A stretch of DNA of 64,000 nt from an uncultured Candidatus Saccharibacteria bacterium (GCA_964636355.1 CAZWRG010000005.1:10744-74743), one strand, 5' to 3'. Shown: positions 49,834 to 60,550, numbered from the stretch's first letter. A program made the numbers and translations. The notes: a model not told the origin generated them from the sequence alone.

Positions 49834-50514
49834 ATGACCGATAAAATTAGTATTGCAGTACAGCCGCGTGAAGTGCTTGGCAAGGGGTTAGCCACCCTGC
49901 GAGAAGCCGGACAGGTTCCAGCAGTGATTCATAACCACGGCAAAGAATCGATTCATATTACTGGCAATTATATTGAGCTTCAAAAGTTGTACACCAAGGC
50001 TGGCAAACACCACCCAGTAGAGCTGAAGCTGGACGCTAAAACTCACCTGGCGCTGATTAAGGACGTCGATGTTGAGCCTACAAAAAACAAGATGCGCCAT
50101 GTAGTATTCCAGGCTATCAAGCAAAACGAAAAAACAACCGCTGAAATTCCAGTTGTCTTGGTCGGCGAAGAAATACCGGCTGAAAAGAAAGGCCTGTTGG
50201 TACTAACCCAGCTGGATACAGTTGAAGTTGAGGCGTTGCCCAAAAATCTACCGGATCAGCTGACGGTTGATGCTACCAAGCTTGAAGAAGTTGCCGACAG
50301 ATTATCAGTCGCCGATATTGTAGTGCCCGAAGGCGTCACAGTACTTACCGAGCCTGAACAATCCTTGGCAGTAGTTGAAATGCCTAAAGATCAAATTGCC
50401 GAGGCTGATGCTGCGGCGGCTTCACTGGCTGAAGATTCTGGAGTCCCAGAGGAAGAGGCTACCGAGCCAACTGAAGAGCCTGCTGCTGAGACCGAAGAAA
50501 AGCCCGAAGAATAA
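49834..50514 (+). CDS. rplY: 50S ribosomal protein L25/general stress protein Ctc with an acidic tail
   Basis: REVLGKGLATLREAGQVPAVIHNHG.., the two-domain Ctc layout, and a GGAGG RBS. Confidence 0.85.
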   Translation: MTDKISIAVQPREVLGKGLATLREAGQVPAVIHNHGKESIHITGNYIELQKLYTKAGKHHPVELKLDAKTHLALIKDVDVEPTKNKMRHVVFQAIKQNEKTTAEIPVVLVGEEIPAEKKGLLVLTQLDTVEVEALPKNLPDQLTVDATKLEEVADRLSVADIVVPEGVTVLTEPEQSLAVVEMPKDQIAEADAAAASLAEDSGVPEEEATEPTEEPAAETEEKPEE

Positions 50515-50549
50515 AAGTTTCCAGCCATATCTAGTACAATACATACCGT

Positions 50550-52259
50550 ATGGAACGTACTGGACCGGTTTTTGATTTCGAGGATGACTCTTCAGAAGAT
50601 GATTCAAAAGATCAGGAAACATCAACCGATAAGCAATCAAAAAAACGAAAAGCGGCACCACTGCTTGGCAAGTCGTTGTTTGAGTATGCATCTGAATCTA
50701 CAGACGATAAAAAACCGGCCTCTTTAGACGGTTTATTTGAAAAACCAAAACAATCAGAGGACAAGTCTGGCTTTTTTGAAGTTCCAAAAGAGAACAGTGA
50801 GACACCAAATAATAGTCAGGAGATAATTGATCAGCCAGAAATAATTACCGAAGACGAATCCAGGCTGATAGCGGAAAATCTGCTGTCTGACAGGCAATCC
50901 AACATTAATGAAGAGCTTGAAGCCAGCGAATCGGGCAGTGCCGAAGAGGCTGGGCTGCTTAATGCTGGTCGATTAATCGAGTCCATAAAGGAAAAAATTG
51001 CTGGCGGATTGCCGCCTTCAGATGAGGTGTTGGATGAAGCAACAGAAGAAACAGTTAGAGAACTTGACTTAGAATCTGCGCCCGAAGAAGCCAATGATCA
51101 GGTTGATGAGGAGCCAGCGCTAGAACTCGCGCAGCAAGGAGTTGAGCCGGGAACATATGACGAGGAGCCAGACCAAGATCCGGCTGCTCAAACGCCAATC
51201 TCGCCGCCCACTTCAGGGGCGCCGCCGACTCCTCCGTCAACTTCGCCGTCAGCGGGAGTTATTGATGGGTCAACCCCGCCGCCAAGCGGTCGATCAGCAC
51301 TCCCTGGCTTTAGTGATGGCTATGAACCGTCTGCGCCACTGGATGCTGAAGTTGCCGGTGAAACTCCAGCAACATCGAATTCAGCAATTGAAAATGAGTC
51401 CAGAAATAATCGCCGCCGAGACTTATTAGTCGGTGGGATTGTCGGCTATTTAATTGGCCGCAGGCGTGGCCGCATTAAGACAGAAGAGCGTTTAATGCCG
51501 GTTCAGAAATCACTTGAAAAACAGGTAAAAGAACTTGATTTGAAATTAGAGGAGCGCGAGGCGCATATCCGCAAGCTAACTGAAGAAAAAATGGCAAAGG
51601 CCGAATCTAAGCCGGAAGCAAAGATCAAACCTAGTGATAAAAAAGAATCACCAGTTTCGGTTGATAAAAAGCCAGAAGTGCCGCCGCTTGGGCAAGAGCC
51701 CGAAAAACAATCACTTACAACCGAGGCAGAACCCAGTGACCGTCGGGAGATCTCATTAGCCAAGCAGGAAGAAACTAAACCGCGGCCAGCGGCTGAGGCT
51801 AAGCCAATTGCTCTTAGTGATCAAGAAATCTTGCGGCGGGCTAGTCGAATTGAGGCTCAGGGAAATGATTTAAAAAGGCTTTTTGAGAGTGGCAGGCTAG
51901 ACAAAGACAAATTACGAGCAATAGTTGAAGCTCATGAGGCCGGCTATGATTATCGCCGAATACTGCTCAATAGCTTAAGACCAGAGCGTAGTGTTGGGAT
52001 AGAAAAACTGACTCAGCACGACGATAATTATCCAGACCAGACATTTACTAGGAGCGCTGTTGCTGGGTCGGTTTACCAGAATCCTTTTAATAATCCTGGT
52101 CAAGCGCAACAATCCATGAACCAATATAATGCACCTAGCAGTGATTTTAGTGGTTCATCAAATCTTCAGCAGAAGTTACTCTCCAACCCTTCGGCAATTA
52201 TCATTCTGGCAGTGGTCTTAGGACTGATTATCGCGGGGCTGATTATTTTAACTTTCTGA
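50550..52259 (+). CDS. hypothetical acidic, Pro/Glu-rich protein with TM segments
   Basis: 569-aa ORF. Long low-complexity acidic regions, an internal helix LLVGGIVGYLIG and a C-terminal helix IIILAVVLGLIIAGLIILTF. Confidence 0.55.
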   Translation: MERTGPVFDFEDDSSEDDSKDQETSTDKQSKKRKAAPLLGKSLFEYASESTDDKKPASLDGLFEKPKQSEDKSGFFEVPKENSETPNNSQEIIDQPEIITEDESRLIAENLLSDRQSNINEELEASESGSAEEAGLLNAGRLIESIKEKIAGGLPPSDEVLDEATEETVRELDLESAPEEANDQVDEEPALELAQQGVEPGTYDEEPDQDPAAQTPISPPTSGAPPTPPSTSPSAGVIDGSTPPPSGRSALPGFSDGYEPSAPLDAEVAGETPATSNSAIENESRNNRRRDLLVGGIVGYLIGRRRGRIKTEERLMPVQKSLEKQVKELDLKLEEREAHIRKLTEEKMAKAESKPEAKIKPSDKKESPVSVDKKPEVPPLGQEPEKQSLTTEAEPSDRREISLAKQEETKPRPAAEAKPIALSDQEILRRASRIEAQGNDLKRLFESGRLDKDKLRAIVEAHEAGYDYRRILLNSLRPERSVGIEKLTQHDDNYPDQTFTRSAVAGSVYQNPFNNPGQAQQSMNQYNAPSSDFSGSSNLQQKLLSNPSAIIILAVVLGLIIAGLIILTF

Positions 52260-54062
52260 ATCTTCTAAGAAGCCGCCTGATTGATGGCTCCACAGCTTGG
52301 CATAAATGCCATTTTGTCGCATTAACTCCTTATGGGATCCTTCTTCGACGATCTGTCCTTTGTCCATGACCAAAATTCGATCCATTTTTTGGATAGTGCT
52401 CAGCCTGTGGGCGATAACAATAGCGGTCTTGCCTTCCATTAATCTCCAGAGAGCGTCTTGGATTAGCGCCTCACTCTCTGAGTCTAAGGCAGAAGTTGCT
52501 TCATCAAGCAGAAGAATCGGCGCGTTTTTCAGCATCGCTCTGGCAATAGCTATCCTTTGCCGTTGTCCGCCCGATAATTTGACGCCGCGTTCACCGACCA
52601 TAGTGTCATAGCCCTCGGGCAGCTCTTTGATGAAATCGTGAGCATGAGCCATCTTGGCAACGGCTTTGACAGCGCGCGTTTCGGCACTAAAATCACCATA
52701 CTGTATATTTTCAGCAATCGAGCGGTGAAACATGATTGGCTCTTGTGGAACGTAGGCAATCTTGTGATGCAAATCGTCTTGAGTTATTTTGCTGATGTCC
52801 TGACCATCAATTTCAATAGCCCCCTTGTCAATATCGCTGAATCTCATGATTAATTTAGTCAAGGTGGTTTTACCGGAGCCGGAATGACCGACTAATCCAA
52901 TTTTTTCACCTGGTTTGACATGGATACTTAAATCACTAAATATCGAGTCACGATTACCTTTGTGAGTAAATGATACGTTTTTAAATATGATCTGGCCGCG
53001 TCCGATTTTTGGAGTTTCAGGGTGTTCGGGGTCTTTAATTGCTGGCTCAAGCTGCAACGTTTCAGTCATTTCTTTGGCATCCGCGAAGGCGCGGTTATAG
53101 CTACGCAAGCTGTTTTGTCCAAAGGTAAATAATTCTCCCGATAATTGGCCGGTATAGCTGACGATCAAAAATACAGTCCCGATGTCTGACCGAAAGACAA
53201 CAATTGAGATGACTGCGAAGACCAACGCGGTGAACTGAAGAATTCTATCAACTAATGTAAAATACGTTATTTGAATCTGAGTCTTTCTCATGAGATTCAT
53301 GAGTTTTTCTTGGGTGCGTTTCGTCGCTTTAGTGAATCTGTTCTTTTCGTAGGCCGTTCCAGCAAAGCTTTTAATTGCCAGAACATTAGTGATGCTGTCG
53401 GCCAAATAGCCTGTCTGGTTGGTCTCGGCGTTGGCATGTTCAGCGGCGGCGCGTCGGGTAGGTCTGGTTATTCTGGTTGTTCCGGCAATATAAACAATAG
53501 TTATCAAGATAAATGCCACCACAAAGGCTGGAGCTCTGGTAATTAAAATAGCCGACATAAAAATCACTCCCCAGAGCATTGGGATAACTTGAAAAACTGT
53601 AGTGTCGGCAATTCTTATGTATGCGCCAAGCAGCTTGTTGGTGCGTGAAACCAGTGATCCTCCAAAACTGTTGGCATGAAAGTCCGGACTTAAGCTAATA
53701 AGATGAGAATATACGTCTTCAGCTATGCTTTTTTGTACTCGTGCTTCAAGCCTCCAGGCAAAAAAGTCGACAACACGCCACAGCATACCTGACCCAAAGT
53801 AGGCCAGAGCAGCCAGAGTTATATCTGGGCCAAAACTCTGCCAAACTTCACCCTGAACATAGTCTCCAGCTGTCAAGCGATTAAAAATGTTTGCAATAAT
53901 TAACGGCGGCAAAAATCTGCCAGTCAAAACAACTGCCGGCAAAGACAGCAGTGTGCCGACTATCATTTGTGGATGTTTTCGGACGTGGCTCCAATAGTAT
54001 TTAGTTGTCAGCCAAACTGTCGATTTGCTTGGCTGCTTATCAGGCTTATTTTTCATGGGCAC
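52248..54062 (-). CDS. ABC transporter, fused permease/ATPase (exporter type)
   Basis: Six-helix TMD, then NBD with Walker A GHSGSGKTT, signature LSGGQRQR and Walker B ILLLDEATSALD. Confidence 0.9.
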   Translation of the reverse strand: MPMKNKPDKQPSKSTVWLTTKYYWSHVRKHPQMIVGTLLSLPAVVLTGRFLPPLIIANIFNRLTAGDYVQGEVWQSFGPDITLAALAYFGSGMLWRVVDFFAWRLEARVQKSIAEDVYSHLISLSPDFHANSFGGSLVSRTNKLLGAYIRIADTTVFQVIPMLWGVIFMSAILITRAPAFVVAFILITIVYIAGTTRITRPTRRAAAEHANAETNQTGYLADSITNVLAIKSFAGTAYEKNRFTKATKRTQEKLMNLMRKTQIQITYFTLVDRILQFTALVFAVISIVVFRSDIGTVFLIVSYTGQLSGELFTFGQNSLRSYNRAFADAKEMTETLQLEPAIKDPEHPETPKIGRGQIIFKNVSFTHKGNRDSIFSDLSIHVKPGEKIGLVGHSGSGKTTLTKLIMRFSDIDKGAIEIDGQDISKITQDDLHHKIAYVPQEPIMFHRSIAENIQYGDFSAETRAVKAVAKMAHAHDFIKELPEGYDTMVGERGVKLSGGQRQRIAIARAMLKNAPILLLDEATSALDSESEALIQDALWRLMEGKTAIVIAHRLSTIQKMDRILVMDKGQIVEEGSHKELMRQNGIYAKLWSHQSGGFLEDSES

Positions 54063-54258
54063 TCGCCTCCTTTGTTGCGAGCGACAATTTCTAATTGTTA
54101 GATGTTGATTTAATTTTTAAATGTTTAAGAGTTCGAAAGAAGCGGCTATAGCGCACTGCTTGAAACATAAAACTAGGCATTTTGCCGCCCTTCCGTTAAT
54201 TTGTAATAATGTCAACAATTGTACTACTGTTATCACAGATGTCAAAATTTTTGATACA

Positions 54259-55167
54259 ATGCATCCTATGCAAAAGATAATTCTGTTTTATAAGTTTGTT
54301 CCGGTCAAAGATCCGCAGATGACTATGCGCTGGCAAAAAGAACTCTGCAATCGGCTTGGCTTAAAGGGTCGAGTGTTGATTTCTGATCATGGCATCAATG
54401 GCACTTTAGGTGGCGATATCGAAAGCCTTCGGCGATACAAGAGTGAGATGAATAAATCGGTGGTTTTTAAGGGTATTACTTATAAATGGAGTGATGGAAC
54501 CGGGGCTGATTTTCCTAAGCTACAGATCAAGGTCAAAAAAGAGTTGGTGGCCCTTAATGCGGCTGATGAAATTGTTGTCTCAGACAAAGGGATTGAAAAC
54601 GGCGGCCAACATTTAAAACCCAAAGAGGTCCATAAATTATTAGAAGAGCGCGGTGATGAGGTGGTGTTTTTTGATGGTCGCAACAAATATGAAGCTAAGA
54701 TCGGCAAATTCAAAAACGCTATTGTGCCAGAGGTTGAAACCTCCAGAGACTTCATCAAAGAGCTTGAAGATCCAAAATATGAAGATATAAAAGATAAGCC
54801 GATTGTGACTTACTGTACGGGTGGTGTGCGCTGCGAAGTGATTAGCGCCATGATGAAAAATCGGGGCTTTAAAGAGGTTTATCAGATTGATGGCGGCATT
54901 GTAAAATACGGCGAGCAATTTGGTGATGATGGTCAGTGGGAAGGGAAATTACATGTTTTTGATGGCCGTATGAAGATGCAATTTAGCGACAAAGCCAAAG
55001 ACATCGGCGATTGTATACATTGTCAGCAAAAAACCAGTAATTATATAAATTGCGCCAACAAGCAGTGTAATAACCTGGTGCTGGTTTGTGAAAACTGTGC
55101 CCAACAGGATTTGTGCGAAAAATGCCTTATGAGCGGCGCCTTTTCTGAGGCACAAAAACAGAAATAG
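54259..55167 (+). CDS. trhO: rhodanese-domain tRNA uridine(34) hydroxylase TrhO (UPF0176/YceA family)
   Basis: ILFYKFVPVKDP.., GRVLISDHGINGTLGG, active-site loop YCTGGVRCE, and a C-terminal Cys cluster. The ORF is open from 54121; ATG 54259 is preferred. Confidence 0.8.
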   Translation: MHPMQKIILFYKFVPVKDPQMTMRWQKELCNRLGLKGRVLISDHGINGTLGGDIESLRRYKSEMNKSVVFKGITYKWSDGTGADFPKLQIKVKKELVALNAADEIVVSDKGIENGGQHLKPKEVHKLLEERGDEVVFFDGRNKYEAKIGKFKNAIVPEVETSRDFIKELEDPKYEDIKDKPIVTYCTGGVRCEVISAMMKNRGFKEVYQIDGGIVKYGEQFGDDGQWEGKLHVFDGRMKMQFSDKAKDIGDCIHCQQKTSNYINCANKQCNNLVLVCENCAQQDLCEKCLMSGAFSEAQKQK

Positions 55168-56026
55168 CTTGCGGTAAAACTCTTACTTTTAGAGGAGTGT
55201 TGGTTGCCACTTCGCCATCAATTTCAACTTTTCGCTTGGGATAGGTGGTGATTTTGGCCTGTTTAACTGGAAGTATTTTGGTATCTGGGTCGGTTAAGTG
55301 ATTTTGAAGACCAAACCTTAACATGCTTTTTATGTATCGCAAGCGGCTTTTATCGGTGCCAAATGAGATAATAGCCAGCTGATTATTATAGGCAGAGGCC
55401 TTTTTAGTAACTGGCAAATCACCGTGATAGGGTGCGTTAGCAATTAGCAGATGATGTGTTTCGAGGTTTATAGTTTGGTTGTCTGATTTGATAGTGCATC
55501 TAAACGACCGATGAAATATCAAATTACTAACCCCGCTAAACATATAGGCCAGGGGACCAAAAATGCGCTTGGTCTTATTTGATATATTCTCCGAAACTCT
55601 AACTGGCAGCCCTACTCCGGCCATATTGGCAAAAATATGACCATTGGCTTCACCAAGTGACACTTTTTGAGTAAAACCTTTGCCTATGATTTTAATGGCT
55701 TTTTTATAGTCATCAGGCAGGCCTAGACTCCTTACAAAAGTGTTGCTGGTGCCGAGCGGCAGAAATCCGTAATTGATATTAGAGCGGTTTTTAAGCTTAT
55801 CCAGAACAGCTACCAGTGTACCGTCGCCGCTGCCAATAATGACACACTCCAGGTTCTTCATTTTACTTACGCCATCAAGTGCTCGGTTTAGGTTTTTTAA
55901 ATTTTTAATAACTATAATTTTTACTATGTCGTGACTGGCTAATTGTTTTTTTAGGTCTAAAATGACTTCATCTATCAATTTGCCGGCCTGACGAGAATGA
56001 GAGTTTAGGATAATTACAGTTTTCAT
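55127..56026 (-). CDS. diacylglycerol kinase family lipid kinase (YegS/DagK-like)
   Basis: MKTVIILNSHS.. start, the GSGDGT motif and the DAGK catalytic-domain layout. The ORF is open to 56188; ATG 56026 is preferred. Confidence 0.8.
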   Translation of the reverse strand: MKTVIILNSHSRQAGKLIDEVILDLKKQLASHDIVKIIVIKNLKNLNRALDGVSKMKNLECVIIGSGDGTLVAVLDKLKNRSNINYGFLPLGTSNTFVRSLGLPDDYKKAIKIIGKGFTQKVSLGEANGHIFANMAGVGLPVRVSENISNKTKRIFGPLAYMFSGVSNLIFHRSFRCTIKSDNQTINLETHHLLIANAPYHGDLPVTKKASAYNNQLAIISFGTDKSRLRYIKSMLRFGLQNHLTDPDTKILPVKQAKITTYPKRKVEIDGEVATNTPLKVRVLPQAISVFVPQKRRRS

Positions 56027-56044
56027 GAGTATAATGAGTATATA

Positions 56045-56572
56045 ATGAAACGAATTAACAAGGATATAAAAAGTCCTAAGTTTGTACCTGACTATACAGC
56101 TAAGTCTCTGGCAGAAGTTGATTTTGATGAGTTGGTAAGACGAGGTGTGAAGTATATTGCTTTTGACGCTGATGCCACGCTGGTTCATTATCGAGGCAAG
56201 ATGCTTAGTGACGAAACAAAGAAGTTATTACAACAGAATCGCAAAAAATTTCAGGCTTGGGTAATTGCCAGCAATCGAATAACCAATGATCTTTTGCCGC
56301 TGGCTGAAAGCATGGATGCTCAAGTTATAAGAGCTACCATATTTACCAGAAAGCCTTCAAAAAGATTTTTTGCCAGAGTCATCAAGTTTTTTGGCGGTAA
56401 GCCAGAGCAGATTGCTATGATTGGCGATAAGTTAATTGCCGATGTTTATGGTGCGAACCGAGCTGGGATGATTTCAGTATGGGTAGAGAAAATCGGCAAA
56501 GACAGCCGGCACGATCGTTTACTGATGGTTCGGCGCTGGGAACTAAAGCTCGTAAATAAATACCTAAATTAA
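56045..56572 (+). CDS. YqeG-type HAD-IIIA phosphatase
   Basis: DxDxT motif FDADATLV, SNR.., KPS.., and GDKLIADVYGANRAGM. Confidence 0.75.
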   Translation: MKRINKDIKSPKFVPDYTAKSLAEVDFDELVRRGVKYIAFDADATLVHYRGKMLSDETKKLLQQNRKKFQAWVIASNRITNDLLPLAESMDAQVIRATIFTRKPSKRFFARVIKFFGGKPEQIAMIGDKLIADVYGANRAGMISVWVEKIGKDSRHDRLLMVRRWELKLVNKYLN

Positions 56573-56583
56573 CCATAAATAAG

Positions 56584-56611
56584 ATGAGACCCCGAGTTTA
56601 CGGGGTCTCAT
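56584..56611. terminator. perfect 11-bp hairpin between convergent genes (candidate bidirectional terminator)
   Basis: atgagaccccg-agttta-cggggtctcat. It sits between the stop at 56572 (+) and the stop at 56634 (-). No long U-tract. Confidence 0.55.
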
Positions 56612-56633
56612 GGTCAGTAGCTTTAGATTTTAA

Positions 56634-57653
56634 CTACTGTTTGCGTAATTTTCGGCTAACTACAGCGTGAACTGTGGCTGAGATAGCTGATACACCACCG
56701 AAGGCAGCTGCTACGCTAGCTGGTCCGGTTCGAGGCAGAGTAGCTACTGGAGTCACTGGAACTTCCGGCTTAGCCTCTGGCTTACAAGCTTGCAAGATAG
56801 CTTCTTTAAGCATTGCGCCAAGGTTGCTAAAGTTACCTGTGTAGTAATCTTTTTTGGCTTCGGCGTTATTTAACCCGCCAGAAAGCCGCTTGAGGTTGTT
56901 GACGAACATACTGTCATTGGCAACCTGACCAACACCTAAGGCTACGATACGAGTTTTGCCGTTTGACTTTACGTTGTCGGCAGCTGCTACACCAGCTTTA
57001 ATGGCGATTGTGTGATCAAGCGATGTAGGATCGGCTGGATCGTGAGGAACAGTTGGGTCACCATCAGTTACGATGAATACTACATCGGCGTCAGATGGTC
57101 GATCGCCGTCGGCGACTGACTCGTTAAAGGCAGCCTGCCAGTTAGTCCAACCTGCACGCCGCAGGCTTTCCGCTGAATTTTTACTTTCGTAAGGAATGCT
57201 GGCCACTGTATTCTTAACAGTTTGAGCACCCTGGTTTGTCTTAACGCTGGTAAAACCAACGCCTGGGTAATCAGCAGCTGTGATTAGGGGAGAGTTTGGC
57301 AGAGGGTTTACACCGGTGTAGCCAGTAGCCTTGGTACCAAAACTCCAGACAGCAACCTTGCTGTCAGTGCCCTTTAGGCTGTCAACCACTTCTCCGACTG
57401 ATTGTGTAATGATGCCAGGATTGGCTTCACTATCGTTTCTGATAGAGTTTGAGCGGTCAATTATAAACCCAATGTTTAGGTTACAAATTTTACTTCCAGA
57501 TGGAGCTGGATTATTGGCGCTACCATTTGGCAAGTCAGCCGCTTGGGCTACTAGGCTAGTGCTAAAAGCCGCCACAACAGCGATAATACTTAGCGAAACT
57601 AAGCCTTTTTTAATCAATTGTTTGGATGAATTACTAAAACTCATGGTGAACAC
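56634..57653 (-). CDS. von Willebrand factor A domain surface protein with an LPXTG-type sorting signal
   Basis: Signal peptide ..LVAQAA, MIDAS DRSNS in NIGFIIDRSNSI, and C-terminal LPRTG followed by a hydrophobic helix and RKLRKQ. Confidence 0.82.
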   Translation of the reverse strand: MFTMSFSNSSKQLIKKGLVSLSIIAVVAAFSTSLVAQAADLPNGSANNPAPSGSKICNLNIGFIIDRSNSIRNDSEANPGIITQSVGEVVDSLKGTDSKVAVWSFGTKATGYTGVNPLPNSPLITAADYPGVGFTSVKTNQGAQTVKNTVASIPYESKNSAESLRRAGWTNWQAAFNESVADGDRPSDADVVFIVTDGDPTVPHDPADPTSLDHTIAIKAGVAAADNVKSNGKTRIVALGVGQVANDSMFVNNLKRLSGGLNNAEAKKDYYTGNFSNLGAMLKEAILQACKPEAKPEVPVTPVATLPRTGPASVAAAFGGVSAISATVHAVVSRKLRKQ

Positions 57654-57767
57654 CTCCTACAATGTTACGCTGTAATATTATCACAAATTAGAAAAAAAGT
57701 CAATGATGTGGAGTATAATCTTATTGTTGGTATTATTTAGTCAACTTTACAGATATAATATAGGGGT

Positions 57768-59270
57768 ATGGCTACAACAGTTTTAGATTCAAAATTAAAA
57801 GATTTGCCGACTAGTCCTGGGGTTTATTTTCATAAAAACTCGGATGGAGAGATTATTTATGTCGGTAAGGCGGCTAATTTAAGAAACCGTGTTCGGCAGT
57901 ATTTCCATAAAAGTCGAGTCAAAGATCCTAAAACTGATTTGTTGGTTGCTGAAATTACAGATGTTGATTGGATGGTGGTCGATAGCGAGCTTGAAGCGCT
58001 GTTTTTAGAGGCCGAAATGATCCGCCGCTACATGCCGCGCTACAACATTTTACTGCGTGATGATAAGTCGATGACTTATATTCGCATTGATTACGACAGC
58101 GATTATCCAACGGTTAGTACAACCCGGCGGCCGCTTGATGATGGAGCCCGTTACTTTGGACCGTATTTAAGTGTTTCAAGTGTTCGCCAGGCGCTAAAGA
58201 TGCTTCGTAAGGTGTTTCCGTTTGCCACCAAGAAATCTCCTGGTCAAAAAAGAGCTAGTCTGCACTATCACCTAGGGCTTGATCCGGGGCTGGAGGAGGG
58301 GCGAACCAGCCTGGAAACATATCGTGAAAATTTGCGAAAATTAATAGCCGTTATAGAGGGGCGCCGTAAAACTATTGAGCGTGAGCTTCAGTCAGAAATG
58401 AAGCAACTGGCTAAAGATCAGGATTTTGAAGCTGCTGCTAAGGTTCGTAATCAGTATTTGGCTCTGCAGCGCTTGACTAAGCAGGTTGTTTTTAGCGACA
58501 AGGAATTTTTGGATATATCTAAAGACCATGCGCTTGCTGAGTTAGTGGAACTGCTCGGCCTAGCCGATTACCCGCGGCGAATCGAGGGCTATGATATTAG
58601 TCATATGCAGGGAACTGATGTGGTGGCCAGCATGGTAGTTTTTACTAACGGGGTTAGTAACAAGGGCGAATATCGAAAGTTCAAAACCAAAAAAAATCAA
58701 AACAATGATTTTTATAATATGCACGAAACACTTTTGCGCCGCCTGAGTGAGCGCAACAGAAAAGCCTGGGGTCTGCCTAGTTTAGTTTTGATAGATGGCG
58801 GCAAGGGTCAACTTGACGCTGCGTTGCAGGCCCGCGATTTATCCGGCCATCAGAAGTTGCCATTTATTGGGCTGGCTAAAAGAGAAGAACAGATCATAAT
58901 TCATAAAACAAAGTCCAATGTAACTCTTAACAACTCAGTACTTCATAAATTAGGTGGATTTACAGCCGAAACAGATGATTTTATAACAGTTAATTTGCCG
59001 CACACCGTCAACGCCGTGAAATTATTGCAGCGAATTAGAGATGAGTCACATCGCTTTGCAGTGAGCTATCACTCGGTATTAAAATCAAAGCGCCAAACAG
59101 CCGGACTGCTGGATGATATCCCAACTATTGGACCAATGACCAGGAAAAAACTGCTTAGAACCTTTGGTAGTTTAAAGGGCATCTTAAGCGCCACTGATCA
59201 GCAACTAGAGGAAGTAATTGGCCCCAAAAAGGCCCAAATTTTACGGAAACATCTATCACCAGCAAAATAA
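57768..59270 (+). CDS. uvrC: excinuclease ABC subunit C (compact, 500 aa)
   Basis: GIY-YIG PGVYFHKNSDGEIIYVGKA..LRNRV, UVR domain (DFEAAAKVRNQYLAL), endonuclease domain (IEGYDISH..) and a C-terminal HhH region. Confidence 0.9.
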   Translation: MATTVLDSKLKDLPTSPGVYFHKNSDGEIIYVGKAANLRNRVRQYFHKSRVKDPKTDLLVAEITDVDWMVVDSELEALFLEAEMIRRYMPRYNILLRDDKSMTYIRIDYDSDYPTVSTTRRPLDDGARYFGPYLSVSSVRQALKMLRKVFPFATKKSPGQKRASLHYHLGLDPGLEEGRTSLETYRENLRKLIAVIEGRRKTIERELQSEMKQLAKDQDFEAAAKVRNQYLALQRLTKQVVFSDKEFLDISKDHALAELVELLGLADYPRRIEGYDISHMQGTDVVASMVVFTNGVSNKGEYRKFKTKKNQNNDFYNMHETLLRRLSERNRKAWGLPSLVLIDGGKGQLDAALQARDLSGHQKLPFIGLAKREEQIIIHKTKSNVTLNNSVLHKLGGFTAETDDFITVNLPHTVNAVKLLQRIRDESHRFAVSYHSVLKSKRQTAGLLDDIPTIGPMTRKKLLRTFGSLKGILSATDQQLEEVIGPKKAQILRKHLSPAK

Positions 59271-59305
59271 TATGCTGCGGCTTCAGTGATATACTGATAT
59301 AAATA

Positions 59306-60532
59306 ATGAAGTCATTGTTTACAAAATCTTTTTATAAGAATAATCGACGCAAATTAGTCGAAAGTGTCCCAGGGGAGAGCCTTTTTGTTATCGGGGCTAA
59401 TGGACTAATTCAAAAAAGCGCTGACACGACATTTGTTTTTCGGCAGGACAGTAATTTTAAGTACCTCACCGGGCTTAATGAGCCGGATTTAGTGCTGGTA
59501 ATTGACGGCCAGGAAGAATATTTAATAGTGCCAGCGAGAAGCGGCACTCAAGAAGTTTTTGATGGCAAAATCGACAATGCGAAACTGTCGCAAATATCAG
59601 GGGTAGATAACATACTGGACGATAGCGAGGGTTGGGCTCGTTTAGAAAAATCATTTAAAAAACAAAAATCAGTTGGAATTTTAAAATCAGCTGGTGATTA
59701 CATAGAAAGATATGGATTTTATACAAACCCAGCTAAGGCAGCTTTAGAGGCGAAGATTACTAAAATTTCCGGTGGTAAAGCTAACCTAACAGATGTCCGG
59801 CCAGTTTTAGCGCGGCTTAGAATGATTAAACAGCCTTCAGAAATAAAAGCTCTTCAGCTGGCAATTGACGCAACGATAGATAATTTTAATCATGTTTTCA
59901 GTAACCGCCAAAACTATCAATACGAGTATCAGATCGAAGCTGACATGACGCAAGCCTTTATGGCGAAAAACTTAAACCACGCTTATGATCCGATAATTGC
60001 CAGCGGCCGAAATGCCTGCACGCTTCATTACATCAGCAATAATGACATCATAAAACCTCAGGAGTTAATATTAATAGACGCCGCGGCCGAGGTTGAATCA
60101 TATGCAGCGGACATTACCCGGACTTTTTCGGTTGGCAAGCCAACCGCGCGCCAAAATGAAGTATTGCAGGCTGTTATGGAAGTTCAAGACTACGCCTTTT
60201 CGGTATTAAAACCAGGGATTTTATTAAAAGATTACGAGAAATTGGTGGAGAGTTTCATGGGCGAGAGGCTTAAATCTTTGGGGCTTATTAATCAGCCTAG
60301 CCGCAGCGAGATCAGAAAGTATTATCCGCACGCCACATCGCATTTTTTGGGACTCGACGTCCACGATGCCGCCGATTACGATATACCGCTTAGTCCGAAC
60401 ATGGTTTTGACAGTTGAACCAGGTATTTATATTCCAGAAGAAAACATTGGTGTTCGAATTGAAGACGACGTTATTGTCGCAAGCAGTGGGATAAAAGTCT
60501 TAAGCGAACGCTTGCCGACGAGGCTTGGCTAG
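59306..60532 (+). CDS. Xaa-Pro aminopeptidase (M24B family)
   Basis: Pita-bread metal ligands in LIDAAAEVESYAADITRT, HATSHFLGLDVHD and EPGIYIPE..GVRIEDDV. Confidence 0.85.
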   Translation: MKSLFTKSFYKNNRRKLVESVPGESLFVIGANGLIQKSADTTFVFRQDSNFKYLTGLNEPDLVLVIDGQEEYLIVPARSGTQEVFDGKIDNAKLSQISGVDNILDDSEGWARLEKSFKKQKSVGILKSAGDYIERYGFYTNPAKAALEAKITKISGGKANLTDVRPVLARLRMIKQPSEIKALQLAIDATIDNFNHVFSNRQNYQYEYQIEADMTQAFMAKNLNHAYDPIIASGRNACTLHYISNNDIIKPQELILIDAAAEVESYAADITRTFSVGKPTARQNEVLQAVMEVQDYAFSVLKPGILLKDYEKLVESFMGERLKSLGLINQPSRSEIRKYYPHATSHFLGLDVHDAADYDIPLSPNMVLTVEPGIYIPEENIGVRIEDDVIVASSGIKVLSERLPTRLG

Positions 60533-60550
60533 ATTAAAATAGAGTCCAAT

